Shown here: positions 24,182 to 37,135 of the stretch, piece by piece
Layout: the number at the start of each line of letters is the position of its first letter
Numbering within the stretch: position 1 is the stretch's first letter
NCBI GenBank assembly: GCA_001642005.1
Contig: LWCA01000106.1
Location: 1 to 53,888, forward strand
DNA length: 53,888 nucleotides
Direction of reading: 5' to 3'
From: Intoshia linei
Lineage: Eukaryota; Animalia; Orthonectida
Translations under genes and position numbers: made by a program
The notes under the pieces: model-generated
Databases searched by the model: none
What the model was told of the DNA's origin: nothing
Seen by the model: the letters and a program-made list of their open reading frames with translations, nothing else

Positions 24182-25845
24182 TTGGTACTCCGAACTTTAC
24201 AAATGTTAAAGAAAAGAATTGGAAAAATTTTTGATGGAAAATTGAAACCACGTGATAACACTAGTGAAACCTCTATTCAATTTATTTATGATACAGGCCC
24301 CAGGTTAATTGTATTAACATTACCACACTCAAGAAATTTGGAAATGTTAATATGTCAAAATCTGACGTTTTATTGACTGGAGCGGATGGCTAAACTATGA
24401 TATGTTATGGCAAAGTAATACTGGACTGCGGAATTATGAAAAACACATCATTTTATGTTACTGACACACCTAACATACTTGGATGCAAGATCTTGATAGA
24501 GTCCGGAGCAATAACAGTAAACCAAGTTGAATTACAACCAGTTAGGCTCAATCACCAAAATAAAATAACGTTTACTCCAAAAATAATCAATACTGAAACA
24601 ATTTGTACAATTGATTCAAAAATGGCATCCATGTTATTTATCAATCCTGAATTTACATCTGTAACAAAAAAATATTCTACTTTTTGGTTCAAATCCCGGC
24701 AAGTGCAATATGGGAATATATCATTCAATAAAGCTAATGGATGAAAATAAAACTGTCAAGGGTCCATTTTATCCCACTCTTACAAACTTGCGAAACCAGT
24801 AACTGAAAATGATACAACAAATGATTAACGACGAGTTGATTGAACTAAGCAATAGCTTATTTAGATCTCCACAATTTATTAAACGAAAAAAAAATGGGGA
24901 ATATCGATTTTTAAATGATTATAGGAAACTTAATGACAATACTGTAAAGGACGCATATCCGCCGGCTAACCAACAATCAATCATAAATGATACATGTGGA
25001 AAAAAAATATTTACGACATTAGACTTTAAATCCGGATATTGGCAAGTACCGATTCTACAAAAGGATCGTCATAAAACAGCATTTTCATGCGGTTACGGAT
25101 CAAAAGTATTCCAATTTTAGGTAATACCAATGGGTCTTACGAATGCATCAGCCACTTTCCAACCCATTATGGATAAACTATTGCAAGATATACCCAACGC
25201 TTCAGCATATATTGATGATATCATAATTTCATCTAGTGATATTATAGAACATAGAAAAGATCTTGAAAATGTTTATAAAGCTATACAAGAAGCTGATCTC
25301 ACGTTAAATTCCTCCAAATGCTGTATAGGTGAAACAGAATTGAGATTTCTAGGACAAATAATTGATAAAAATGGCTTAAGACCGGACCCAGATAAAATTC
25401 TGGCCATTTCATCTATTAAAATACCCAAGAACGTTAAAGAAGCGCAATCATTCATGGGAATAAAAAATTATTACCGTCAATTTATACCACATTTTGCTGA
25501 TATTATTTGGCCCATACAACAAGCTATAAAACAAACCCTTTAAATGGACACAGGAGTGTAACACTGCTTTTAAAAGTCTTAAACAAAAACTATCAACAGC
25601 TCCGGTATTATCGAATGCAAAGTCAGGAAAACTATTTATATTGGAAACAGATGCATCTAATAATGCTTTTGGGGCCGTATTGAGACAAGACGACCATCCC
25701 GTTTATTATGCTAGTCGTATACTTTTAGAAGCTCAACGAAATTATAGTACTATCGAAAAAGAACTGTCAGCTATAAATTGGGCGACGAAGAAATTCAAAT
25801 ACTAAATATTCGGCAAACAAGCTACTGTTTATACGGACCACCAGC
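24182..25845 (+). mobile_element. Ty3/gypsy LTR retrotransposon pol remnant (protease-RT-RNase H), disrupted
   Basis: Protease YDTG; RT motifs YRFLNDYRKLN, LDFKSGYWQV, PMGLTNASATFQ and YIDD (25208-25219); RNase H LETDAS, YASRTL, NYSTIEKEL and YTDH. Several stops and frameshifts; no integrase. Confidence 0.93.
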
Positions 25846-26310
25846 GTGAAATGAATGCGTAAGCGTAAATGATGAAAAAATTTCACCAGGAACCATAAAA
25901 CTCTTGTGCCAGCAATTAATTTCATTTTTTTACATTCATACATTATTTATTATATATATTATTTTATTAGTGTATAAAAAATTTTCAATTAAAACATTAC
26001 ATATATAATAATTGGTTATTGACCAATAAGGAATACGAGTTTGTAGTTTCGTAAACTAAAATTATATTTTTAATCAATGTGTAATTAATTGATTGAAATT
26101 GAAAATGATTGATAACAATAATCAATTAATTTCAATCCCTTATTGAAACTTGACATTTTAGCGTAGTAAAGAATTTGTTACAGTAGAACGTGTTTTGTTG
26201 AAAAACATTTTAAATGAAATAATTGTATTAACATTGAAATTAAAAAGACCAGAGATTATAAGCTCTTTATGTATGACAAGCTTGACTTTTATGTACCTCT
26301 TACAATGAGC

Positions 26311-26997
26311 AACGTAGCCCTTCCAAGGGCGGACTTTTTAATTCTACCCAAAAAATAAATTAAAGAATAAAATCTTACTTTAAAATACTACAATCACTAT
26401 TATAATTATCAATTCTTTAAAGTAGGGATGCCCAACCCTTTTGTGATGCGATCGACGTTAAAATTTTCAATGAGTGGCGATCGATTAATACATTGACTAG
26501 AAAAATGTTACTGGTCGAGATGAGAAGTATGAGATAAGTAACGTAATTATTTCACTAATATTAATATAATAATAATCTTCGGTAAATTTACGTTTTTTTA
26601 TATTAGACATAATAAAATACACTAAAAATCAATATTATAAATGAAATAACAATGAAAATACTATAATTTGAAAGGATTTGAAAGAATTAAAAACAAATAA
26701 GATAATTAACATAATCAATAATGTTAAAATAAAAATAAATTTGTATCAGAATAGAATAGAATGTTTATTATTTTAAAATCCGCATCAGCGAATATATTTT
26801 TTTAAATTTTTCAACTGGAGTTTTTGACCCGTAAGATGTGAGTTTAGGAGGTTGAAATTATGTTTGCGAACACCCCAGAACAAACTGTGATTGAAATGTG
26901 GACTTTATAAAATTCTGAGACGGGTAATTATTTAAATAAAGTGGTACACACACAGACACACAAACAAAAATCGCGTAGCATATTATATAAGTTAGGA
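26311..26997 (-). mobile_element. Helitron-family copy, degenerate, interrupted by a hAT-like end
   Basis: 5' A|TCCTAACTTATATAATATGCTACGC at 26997; degenerate subterminal motif at ~26311-26345. TAGGGATGCCCAACCC begins at ~26423. Confidence 0.6.
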
Positions 26998-29722
26998 TTT
27001 ATTTCTTAGTTAATAAAGAAACTTCGCGAAAACCGATTAATTATGCATATTATAAATTTTAAAATACACTTATAAGCATTAATGTATTATAATTATTTAT
27101 TTTTTAAAATTTTGGCAATATTGTTGAAATAAAATAATGATTTAGCCTGATTGTTATATCTAAATAGTTCTATAGACTGTGATTTCAGCGATATATACAT
27201 GTGCGAATATATAAAAGGATCAATCGAAAGTCCATACTATATTGATTCTCAAACTAATTGGCTAAGAACAAATGTAAATACAACCGAAACACTTCGTGGT
27301 CCATTTACTGATTTTAGCGATTCCATTTCAGGTATATTTCAAATTAAATCTTAGTTGCCAAAGAAGTGACAGAGTTATCAACAGTTATTCGAGTTTTATT
27401 AAATTAATCTCAGTCACAACGAGATGACTTAGTTTTGAACATTTTCATCTATTGTTTTTTAATTATAAAAAATATAACTAAAGAATAAAAATAGAATTAA
27501 ATTTAATTTAATTAACATGTTTATTTAATTTAAATTGTCAGTTCGTGAAAAATTAATAATTTAACATATTAAGTCATGTTACATCTACGTGTATTAGATA
27601 AAATAAATAAGATAAGTAAATATACACTTTTAAAAAATAATTATATTTAGGATATTATTTGATGTTGGATTCTAAATTCTCTACTGAGGGACGTAAAACC
27701 ATGTTGACCAGTCCTTATGTAGTACTACGTCAAACAGGGTGTTTAAAGTTTGATATGTACATGAATATATTGAAACATGACATAATATTTTCCCTTTCAG
27801 TCTATACGCAGAGAATAAAGAATGATTTGATTGCAAAATTTATAAAAAGTTTTGGTGCAAGTTGGCAAAAAATCAATTTGAACTTGGAAAAGGGATCATA
27901 TCACATTGTATTTGAAGCTACAACTGGAATACCATACCATAGTGATATATCAATTGATTCGATTAATGTTGAAACCGGTGAATGTCCAAATCTTATTGGT
28001 TTATTTAAAATGTTTTGATACACGCAAAATCATATTTATTTATATATTATTCATTTAGATAAACCAAAGTGTGATTGTTCATCAAATCAATGTTAACACA
28101 ATAAATGCATTACACATGATTGTAAATGTAAAATGCAATCGGAAGGTTTGATTGAGATTAACTTTATAATTTGTATAAAAGATGAAAAAATCAAGATGAC
28201 AAACGTGTATTGTACTTTTGACAATAACAAATGCGGATATACTGAAAGAGCAGACAACATTTTTGCGAAATGGTCGCTTATTTCAAAAAAACACTATGAA
28301 CATATTATCGAAGATTATAATATTAACAAAAACTTGAAAGGATATGATGGTTTATTATTATTTCATTACTTTTAGAAATGGTTTTAATAATGATTTTAGA
28401 AGAATGTAGTTACATAGTTTTGGGCTCGGGAGGATTAATTAAGGTGAATATTATTTGATTTAAATGTATATATATTAGTCTCCAAGATATCCAGACATAT
28501 ATCCTAGAGAATTGGATTGTAGAATATTAATTGATCACACTAATGCTACAATAGTTCTTTATTTTTTGGATTTAGACATTGAAGATTCACCAGAGATGAA
28601 TGACAGAATGATATACTCTTAGATCTATGATGGTCAAAGCATTAATAACAAATTGATTGGAAAGATTTGTGGAAAAAATATACCACAAACATATCAACCC
28701 CTGCAGAAAATAGTAATAAATAATAATAAAAAAAGTATTAATTAATATATCTGGTATATGTAACGTACTGTATATTATATAATGTTTTAAAAGGTCGCAT
28801 AATTAAACAGTGGTCTACCGTAAGATTACAATTACCAAAAAATACATTGAATATTATATTCGTTTTAATATCACAAAACGATAGTAATAAAGACAATTAT
28901 GTTTTAGCGATAAATAATGTAAACTACATGTCAGGATCATGTTTAAATATATATAATATTTATTTTTCTATTAATTCATAAATTGTAGACAGAAAATCAG
29001 ATAATTTTAATTGTAAATTTAACTCTGGACATACTTGCAATTACACAGACAATGCACGATGGTTAACTAAATATTGTGATCCATGTAAGAAAAACTATTC
29101 ATATTTTAATAATTTATGTTTACAGTATTTTAGTGGTTAAACAAATTTGTTTAAAATATTTAACTTTCCGAAACTACATACAAACTAGTATCAAATCTAA
29201 TAACTATAAATAAAATAATGTGCTTATCCATAACATATTACATATCCTTGTTGACATTTACCATGAATTACGTCGACAAAAATATGAATACCATTAAATC
29301 AATTATATTTGATACCATGGATCATCTGTTATCCACACAAGAAATCAATTTACAAATGGGAGAATATAGAATTGAATTTCACATGTTACTACCAATTGAA
29401 TCTTTTTGGGGATTTGATAATATCACCAGCTATATAGGAAAATGTCAAAATAGTTGTAATCATATTTATAATATAATATTATTATAAACCAATAATATCA
29501 TAATAATAATAATATAATATTATCATAAACGAGAGGTGGCCAAATTGTGGACAGTGAGTCAATTAAAACTGGCCTGCGATGGTTATCTAACAAAATGCAA
29601 TAAATGTTTAGTTGTGCGCATAACAAAATTGTCTTACCTTTCCATCTTTCAATAAAATATTTGTATATTTTTAATTAAATTAAACTTAAGACAATGATTT
29701 GAAAAAATTGCTTTTTGGTGTA

Positions 29723-31125
29723 CACTCCGCGACAAAACTATAGCACATTTAAAATTTTAAAGTTTTATTTTTGATAAAATGATAAAAATATATAATATAA
29801 ATACTGTTCAAGAATGCCAAGAAACAATGCAAAAATAAAAACATTATAAAAAATCTTTATAACCTCAAAAATCCTGTCGTCCATGCTAGAAATGAGGGTA
29901 GAAATGGTAATTGCTGATATAGATGTCTAGGATTTTTCAATTGCCGTTTTTAACTCATTTAAATTTCTATATTGTGTGCCATTCATATATATCATGCGAG
30001 AAAGAACTTCTCATAATTTTTCAATAAGATTTAGATCTGGAGAGCATGCCGGCCATCCCAAAACATTCAACCTCTTTGAATTTAGCTATCTGTTTGTTTC
30101 TTGAGATTTATGGATTGATGAATTATCCTGCTGAAATATTTTGAACGACCTTCGACAGGGTAGTAAGTAGTTGTTTAAGACGTCAATATAAACTTTAGAA
30201 TTCATATTTATGTTAATAAAGCATAATTTGCTCTTTCTGTTAACTTCAAATGCTGCTCATAACATAATACTACCCCCTCAAAACTTTTTTCCCATTTTAG
30301 ACATTTCATCTTTTCTTAGATCGTGCCAATAATACGACTCTCCATCAGGACCGTCCAAATTAAACCTTTTTTCGTCTGAAAAAAAGACAGAGGACTAGTT
30401 TGTTTTTTAAATTTTCACGGGCAAACGTCATCCTATCTTTTCGATGTTTTTTTGATAAGAATGGTTTCGATTTGAGTTTTCAGCGTTCGATATGCGGACA
30501 GGCTTTTAAAGATCTTTGTATTGTCATTACAGAACTATTCAAATCTAGCTCATCTCTTATGTCTCTAGCCTATAAGACAGAATTTGAGGCTTTTCTAATT
30601 ATCGTTTTTCTTTCTTTACATGTTAATTTTGAAGGTCTGCCGGTAATTTTAATTTTTGCTGCTGTATTCAGAGATCCTGATCTATTAACATAGTTATATA
30701 TGGCTTTGCGGCTTCTTCCTATGGATTCTGCAATATATGTGACCACTTTTCCTTCAACTAATATATCATCAATTTGACCTTTCTCATAATCTGAAAGAAG
30801 GGTTCCACGAGGCATATTTTGGATTATTAATGCAATGATCTAAATTTTTTATAAAATTATTGCTATAAATATGACCAAAACTGCAAACAGACAATAAAAA
30901 ATCTTAAAATAACTTTATATAGCACACTTTTGTCGCGAGTTGAAATTGGAATAAAAAGTTTATTTGATATTTAAGTTCGATAACATTAACAAACGATCTT
31001 TATTTTTTGTTTCCAGTATAACAATACACTGTTGCATAATATGGTATAAATTTTTTAACAAAGTCATAATTTTTAAAGAATATTCATGAAGTTATATGAA
31101 TGTGCTATAGTTTTGTCGCGCAGTG
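29723..31125 (-). mobile_element. Tc3-like Tc1/mariner DNA transposon (DD34E), TIR-to-TIR but inactivated
   Basis: 27-bp TIRs CACT(C/G)CGCGACAAAACTATAGCACATT (1 mismatch) with a TA TSD. Transposase from 30815: MPRGTLLSDYEKGQI...[14 protein letters not shown]...FQQDN-(34 aa)-SPDLNLIE, collinear with C. elegans Tc3. Multiple in-frame stops. Confidence 0.95.
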
Positions 31126-31147
31126 TATTATAATACAACAAGGTTGA

Positions 31148-31565
31148 AACATCACTTAGCTCTGCCGAGGGCACATTTTTATTCTATCAAAAAAATAAAT
31201 TAATGTTGAAAATTTAACTTAAAAATCCTACTATTCATTATTATCCATCGTTTAAAGGAGTGATTCCCAAACTTGTGTTATGTGGAACCATCGTATACAT
31301 TACTTTTTACTTTCTGAATTATTACTTATGTGAATTATTCCATCTTAATTTTTTGTTTGTTAACATTTGCATAAATAATTTTAAAAACAATTGTTATCCT
31401 ATTTTTTTAATTTATTAGACAAAATGTGTGTATAATATTAAAAATAAAAAACAGTCCAATCCTAAAAATTGTTATAAATGGCATAAATTCCAGAAAAAAT
31501 AAAATTATAAAAACCTATTTTGTCATTTTAAATGTGATATATATTCAGCTCCAATTTAATAAATA
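31148..31565 (-). mobile_element. Helitron-family 3' half (terminal hairpin missing)
   Basis: TAGCTCTGCCGAGGGCACA...GAGTGATTCCCAAACTTGTG...CAGTCCAATCCTAAAAATTG, shared with other copies. Confidence 0.7.
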
Positions 31566-32205
31566 ATTAAAAATACCAATTATTAATCAATAATTAACTA
31601 GTTAAATAGTGTTTCAAATTCATCAATTTGTATCATCGACGTATGATAATGATGATAAGTATGATGTAGAAACTGAGCCACCACAATTTAATGACGTTGA
31701 ACATGGTTAAAATTGTAAATACAGTTAATAAATACATTTACAATATCAATAACAAGACTAGAGCATTCATGAACAATTTGACAGATGCTGATAAGGAGAA
31801 ATTAAACATATTAATGTATGGCTTCGAATTGGATAAATCAAGTAAATTGAATTTGATATGTCTTATTTTTTAATATTTTGATGTATACATATACACATTA
31901 TTATATATGTACATCTATATAATAAACTAAAATTTTTAATAGGTAATGTTAAATACAACACATTGACATCTAACGCGTCTCACAATGGCGATGATTTAAT
32001 ATAAAAGTATTGCACATACAAGTTAACCCTAAATCTACCAAACAAAAATTATAACGAGAACTACCAGCGGTGGTGATTTTATCTGATTAAAAAATATGTA
32101 TGATTTAAATTTCATTATGTAAATTACATTAAGTTCATTGTACATTAAAAAGTCTCAAAAAAAATGAAAAATTATATTTTTTAACATCCTTAGGTATATT
32201 AGTTA

Positions 32206-33335
32206 ATAGCTTGGTTGTTATCTACTTTGTACAAACAGCATCCTAGCTCTGCCGAGGGCGGAAATTTTTATTCTACCAAAAAAATAAATTCAATAAGAAA
32301 ATTTAATCTATTAATGCTACTGTTCAAAAAAACATTTATCCCTCAATACTTCTATGGAATGTTGCTCTAACAAACGAAATAGCCGAACGTAGAATACACA
32401 GAGTTCAATACCGTATAAATCGTGAGAGGCCGTCAGTTAAGTATATTAATGATGAATTATTAAATGACAGTATTAATCGTCTTAAAAATTATAATAAATT
32501 TAATAATTAATACTCAAAATAAAGTTACTTTAAAATTAAAACGGGTAAGTTTAAATGGCTGAGTAGTCCGATCTTTCTGCAATAGTATAAAAACTAAAAT
32601 CATAGAGGTTAATTTTAATTTATTTCTCATGCCACACAACCCTGGATTTTTTATTTTAAAAAAATGTTAACACATTAGTGTGTATACTATTAGTATAAAT
32701 AAAGTAAAAACAGTCCAATCCTAAAAATTGTCATAAATAGCATAAATTCCAGAAAAAATAAAATTAAGAAACCTATTTTGTCATTTTCAATGTGATGACA
32801 TATATTCAGTATCAATTTAATAAATAAATCCTAAAAATTGTCATAAATAGCATAAATTCCAGAAAAAATAAAATTATAAAGACCTATTTTATTATTTTGA
32901 ATGTGATATAATTAGTACTAATTACGTATCAATAATTAACGAAATCAGCACTTTAGAAACATATTTCAGATGCATTTTACCAATATTGCAAAGCATTGTA
33001 ATAGATATAAAAATGATAATAACAAAGTTGTATTACTTTTAGTAATTTGTTGTAATTTTAATTTAAATTTTAAACAAAATGTTTTGAAATAAAAAAAAAT
33101 GAATATTAAAGTAATTTTTTGACCATGAAGGTGTCGCTTATTTAGATTGAAATTTTTTGTGTGTCTTAACAGGATACAACATTATCATCTGTAATTTTTT
33201 TTAAATTTTAGGGCTATTTTTATTTTAAAAACAAATGGTAATGTGGGTTTTGATCGTGAAAATTATTTTTTTTGAGCTTTCCATATGATAATGTTAATGA
33301 TTTTAAAAACTATCACAGAATGTATGTTTAAAAAA
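32206..33335 (-). mobile_element. Helitron-family copy with a foreign internal insert (~32325-32675)
   Basis: 3' end at ~32206-32260. Same internal tandem duplication as the 16122-17334 copy (~32719-32880). Family interior at 33095-33335. Confidence 0.65.
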
Positions 33336-33409
33336 AAATTGAGGACATGTTCCATTTAAAACAAAGGGTATGTTGGCATATCGTTTCGTGTTTAAATATA
33401 TTAATTATA

Positions 33410-34389
33410 CAGTAGAATCTCTTTAATTTAATGTCAATTTCATTGAAATACTCTTCATTTTAAATATGCACATTAGGGTGTTCTATTTTATGAAAAATGT
33501 TAGAATTTGAAAGACGGAGTAGCTAGGTGGAGTGTATTTTTGAAAAAAAATAACAATCCGATGAGTCACTCAGAGATTGGTCGAGTAATGACGTTGCGTT
33601 GCTCAATTAACTAATTAACAAAAAATAGCTAAATTCAACTTTATTTTCATCTTTTTCTTAATTTTTTCATACAAAAACTTAAATTCTTGCTTCGTTTGCG
33701 GAGAAAAATTAAAAAAATTTGTATATTTAAATATATCGTGTTCAGCTACATAATTTATAATTGACTTTATTCTATAATATAATAAAAAAAAATGTGAAAA
33801 TTATAGTTATTATTATTTTGTTTTGTTGTTTAAACAATATTTTATGGGGTAAATAAATTTAGACACTTTTTGTAACGTTTCGAAAATTTTACTCATTCAT
33901 TTTTATATGAATATTGTAATTGATTTTGAAAATATCTGAATTATTTTATTTAATAATTACGCAATTTTTTCATTTAAAATTTTATGTTTCATTGAATCAA
34001 TACAGTGTAATTATATTTGTTTTTGCAATTTACAGAAAAGTTTTTACACTTTATTGAAAAATATTATAAAATACATTTATTGTAAACTAAAAACTAGAAT
34101 TGAAGAATAACGTTAATATATAATTTAATTTACAATTTTAGTCCGTAATCAGTATTACTTAAGATTTATTTAGTTAATCTTATATATAGAGAATTAAATC
34201 GTATGCCATATTCCATATACATTATGTTTGATGATTTAGCTGCTGTTAAAAGTTATTTAGAAAAAATTTATATCTATTTATTTTTATTAGGGTGATAAAA
34301 ACGTCAATTTAAAAATTGTAAATAGTCACTGTAGTTGAAGAATTCTTTGTATTGAATCAAAAGGCACTTTACATTAGGAGATTCTACTG
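33410..34389. mobile_element. Tigger/pogo-type non-autonomous element
   Basis: TA|CAGTAGAATCTC...GAGATTCTACTG|TA (12-bp perfect TIR, imperfect beyond). Confidence 0.65.
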
Positions 34390-35099
34390 TATATTAAACT
34401 TACAGTACATTTAATAAGTTTTTTACTAAGTTTAAGTGTTAGTGATAGAAATAAAAAACATAAATTATCGACTCGGAAACGTTATTCAAACAAGTATCTT
34501 TTACGTTATGCTAATCCATACGATTTACCTCACAATACACAGTTCAAATATATAAATAGAAATCAAAATATAGAATGTTATCATCATAATCCCACTATTT
34601 GAAATATTTATATTAATAAAAATTTTGTATAGAAAAGTTTCGCAAAGGTATAGTTTTAAAAATACATTTTAGAGTATTTATGGTATTTTTTTAAATTATA
34701 AGATTCTTAGTTTTTTCCGATTTACAAAAATGTCATTTTTAATCGAAAATATGTCAATTTTAAATTGATTAACAATGTAATTAATAATTGAATAAGCTTG
34801 AATTACTTAGAATTTCGATTTTTTTTAAATTTTAGAATTTAATTATTTAATTAAACGGTAACAGACGCATATACATTTATATATTGTTTATATATTACAT
34901 ATTTTTATAAAGCATAATTATTTTTTTTAAAATGTATGAATGTGTGATTTTTTAAATATGAAGAGTTTACATTTTCATGATTGTCACAATTGATATAATT
35001 GATAATGAACTCGATTATAATCATTTAATACATAGTTATAGAAGAATATAATAGTTAAAGTAAACATAAATACATGTATTTTATATTTAAAATTTATTC

Positions 35100-35524
35100 T
35101 TATTCATCTAAAGTTTCATATCCGGACGATAAATCATTAATAGAGGTTTCAGATTCTGATTCATAAATTATAATATCTTCAAAAATCGGTCTAATTTCGT
35201 ATTCCATTTGTCTTTGGACTCTCATTTGAATTGGATATGATTCTATGCCTTCTGGTACTACTGTATTGTCAAGGTTTTGATACAAAGTAGTTTCTGGTAT
35301 TTTTGCCAAATTTTGATTTTTTTCTAAAAGACATTGTTCATTCATTTCTTTAATTAGTGAATTATTTGATCTGCATCCATCATCTACTTCGTTGATATTA
35401 GAGGTGGTTGTAGAATGTATAACAGATTTAATTGTAAATGTATTTTTTATGTCTTTATTGGGAGACATGGTATCAATAGAGTTTTCTGAATTCAATTCAT
35501 TCAACATTTTTTTCATGGAATTTT
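35100..35524 (-). CDS. Probable terminal exon encoding an acidic low-complexity peptide; parent gene unresolved
   Basis: 138-aa ORF in very AT-rich DNA, preceded by an acceptor-like TTAATAG|AAAATTCC; ends SSGYETLDE*. Confidence 0.5.
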
Positions 35525-35893
35525 CTATTAAGTAAATTTAAAAATTAATTATATGTAAAGATTCGAAAAACCTTTTAAATATATTTGAATATATTAAATT
35601 TAAAATTTAAAACAGTAAAAATTTTATTTTGTACAATGGAAAACATTTTGAAATAAAAAGTAATACGTTATATTATCATAAGTTACTGACATAGATAACA
35701 CTGATATACACTCAAAAAACTATCTTAATAAAAAATCTTATATGGTACTAACGCTTGTTAAATATGTAATGGCAAAAAAATTTTTTGAATCTATGTTGTA
35801 ATTTCTGCGATATAGAAGTTTTAATTATAATTAATATATACAATGTTTCTATACAAAATTTTAATTAAAAAGTTATATTTCAATTTACTAAAC

Positions 35894-36300
35894 ATGCCTT
35901 ATTTTTGCGAAAAATCGATCAAATTTTGTTTTATCTGTGGAGCGTACATTTTGAAGAGTAAAAAAAATATTCAATACATTCTCCTGGATTCAAGCAGAAA
36001 TTGGTATTATTGTATGAACATCAAGTGAATAGTGGATTCCACAATTTTGTTGTGGAACATGTCACACTGATATCAGTAATATAATACAACGATATGACAA
36101 CACAAAATGGTTAAAGCCCATTGTAGACACACAATGTCATTTTTGTAAATCAAAGCCTAATTTATTTTCAAAAAAAAGTAAAAACATTAAACCTACAAAA
36201 AATTTACATATCACTCCTGTATCCGTCAATGAATCATCTCTGGATAGCATTGACTCTATATCTCACCCTCCTTTTCATATTCATAGCCCCAAAACATTGT
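35894..36300 (+). mobile_element. Chapaev/CMC-type transposase N-terminal Zn-binding region, remnant
   Basis: Across frameshifts: MPYFCEKSIKFCFICGAYILKS ... WIPQFCCGTC ... KWLKPIVDTQCHFC, resembling the FCYICG / WAPHxCCxxC / WREPxxxxDCYFC pattern. Confidence 0.6.
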
Positions 36301-36952
36301 AAAAGTAATTGTAAAATAAACTTTTATTTTGATTTTGTATCCATGATACCAATTTTGAGAAATGAATGAATCATTAATTAAAACAAAACTACGCGATAGA
36401 AACTACTCAAATCTTGTTACCATAAATGGAAGGATACGCTTATCAAAACAACATGAAGTTTTTCAAGATAGTCAATAAAAAACTGTTTTTTGATAAGTTA
36501 ATGTCATTTTTTTTAAATCGAGGTTCTATATTGAAAAACCATAGTTTGAATAGATGCCTCAAAATATTTTAAGTTAAATAGTATTTTTGTTAGTTAAAAA
36601 AAATAAATACATACAGAAAATAAAATTTAAATGTTTTAAAAACAATATTGTTGCGTAATTATTTCGGTAACTACGCGATAGATGTGACTGTAATTTTCAG
36701 ATTATAGGTTAACGACCAACCTTCTTCACTTCCCTTCACTAAACCCCTTCACTTTCTTAATAAAATTTTCGAGATAGATTTTAAAAAGTTTCAAAATATT
36801 GCACTGTGTAATCATATATATGAAAATTTTATGAAGATTTATATTTCAACACTTTATACCAGTGTTTTGAAAACATTTACTTTGCGGCTCATCTAGTAAT
36901 TTTTTTTTTTGCACAGAAAAACATTTTTAATTATATAAAATAAAAACTTACT

Positions 36953-37135
36953 AAAAACCCCCTTGAAAATCTGGTTAAAAAAACTTTTTAAAATATGGTA
37001 AAAAAATTCCCTAAACTCTACATTCAAAATGTAGTAAAAAAATTTCCCTAAAAACTACCTTCAAAATGTTGAATAAAATTAAAAAAACCCCTTTCAAAAT
37101 ATGGTCCAAAAAATTCCCTAAAAAACCCACTATAA
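36953..37135. repeat. Degenerate minisatellite related to the reverse complement of the 8299-8578 unit
   Basis: Units like TTCAAAATATGGTCCAAAAAATTCCCTAAAAAACCC; the first unit contains AATCTGGTTAAA. Confidence 0.55.

Larger units (their letters stand above)
27176..32004 (+). pseudogene. MAM/EGF/CUB/MAM extracellular protein gene, apparently disrupted
   Basis: MAM1 (CDF...GPFTDF; GCLKFDMYM; IVFEATTG...DISIDSINVETGEC); EGF-like exon with in-frame TAA at 28094-28096; CUB (SPRYPDIYP...IYDG...IGKICG) with TAG at 28620-28622; further MAM segments to ~29457. Phase-1-compatible terminal exons at ~31610-32004 are a tentative addition. Confidence 0.7.

Noticed and set aside
28094-28622. Stop-codon reassignment (TAA/TAG read as sense)
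   Set aside because: RBMX2, VAP and anillin end at TAA/TAG at plausible positions, and the 7-kb ORF has no internal TAA/TAG. Decay explains the stops better.
30400-30693. 97-aa plus-strand ORF
   Set aside because: Antisense to the Tc3-like transposase.
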